From positions 1-35,886 of the IMG/VR virus record IMGVR_UViG_3300009149_000127: 35,886 bases of DNA, one strand, 5' to 3'. The position numbers and the translations under genes were made by a program. Below the pieces are notes generated by a model. That model searched no databases, was not told where the DNA came from, and saw only the letters and a program-made list of their open reading frames with translations. This document shows positions 35,773-35,886 of this stretch, piece by piece. Positions within the stretch are counted from its first letter, which is position 1, and the number at the start of each line of letters is the position of its first letter. This DNA is from a virus (lineage: Duplodnaviria > Caudoviricetes).

Positions 35773-35785
35773 ATATATGTAGTTC
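35773..35785 (-). promoter_or_regulatory. Putative phage promoter, class B (GAACTACATATAT)
   Basis: Motif on the minus strand, ~50 nt upstream of the 82-aa ORF start. Confidence 0.6.
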
Positions 35786-35811
35786 GTTATGTCATAAAAA
35801 AAGAAAAAATA

Positions 35812-35826
35812 GCGAACAAAAATAAA
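35812..35826 (+). promoter_or_regulatory. Putative phage promoter, class A (GCGAACAAAAATAAA)
   Basis: Intergenic motif at a divergent junction, upstream of a GGAGG RBS. Confidence 0.6.
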
Positions 35827-35853
35827 TATCTGCTTTGCGTTTGGAGGAAATAG

Positions 35854-35886
35854 ATGGAACTTGATTTTGAAAAACAACAAATTTCA
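35854..35886 (+). CDS. Start of a CDS running off the window (MELDFEKQQIS...)
   Basis: GGAGG at 35843-35847, ATG at 35854, open to the window end. Confidence 0.6.
   Translation, partial: MELDFEKQQIS

Noticed and set aside
32645-35782. ORFs 32645..32929, 32742..32999, 34411..34620, 35201..35422, 35529..35762 and 35543..35782
   Set aside because: They overlap better-supported genes that have clear RBSs and terminators.
1-35886. Stop-codon reassignment, as seen in some large phages
   Set aside because: Long conserved genes are intact in code 11. Both TAG (8887, 18833) and TGA (6782, 16056) end genes right at the next RBS or start.
1-35886. CRISPR array, tRNA, rRNA, transposase or integrase
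   Set aside because: I saw no spaced direct repeats, cloverleaf or relevant protein motifs, and the intergenic gaps are short. A tRNA scan was not run.

Overview
AT-rich, densely coded, almost entirely + strand fragment of a large tailed-phage (jumbo myovirus-like) genome, read with the standard bacterial code and strong GGAGG-type ribosome-binding sites (RBS). It carries baseplate/spike genes (gp53-like, gp5-like, PAAR-like) and a stand-alone LigD 3'-phosphoesterase. A DNA metabolism block encodes a family-4 UDG fusion, a QueE-like radical SAM enzyme next to a TGT/DpdA-like transglycosylase (probable 7-deazaguanine modification), a DnaB-like helicase and a family B DNA polymerase. A T4-like head module includes an acidic scaffold-like protein, portal, prohead protease and major capsid protein. 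The main highlight is a phage-encoded transcription system: unsplit beta' and beta RNA polymerase subunits in reversed order, with beta carrying a ~330-aa N-terminal extension. These are preceded by a 472-aa candidate specificity factor. Two recurring non-sigma70 upstream motifs (GAACAWAA+A/T tract, 8 copies; GAANTACATATAT, 3 copies) look like two promoter classes. The right end has small minus-strand gene islands, a perfect three-way-junction leader structure, a metallophosphoesterase and an Hc1 histone-H1-like gene. All family calls come from motif recognition by eye; no database searches were run.
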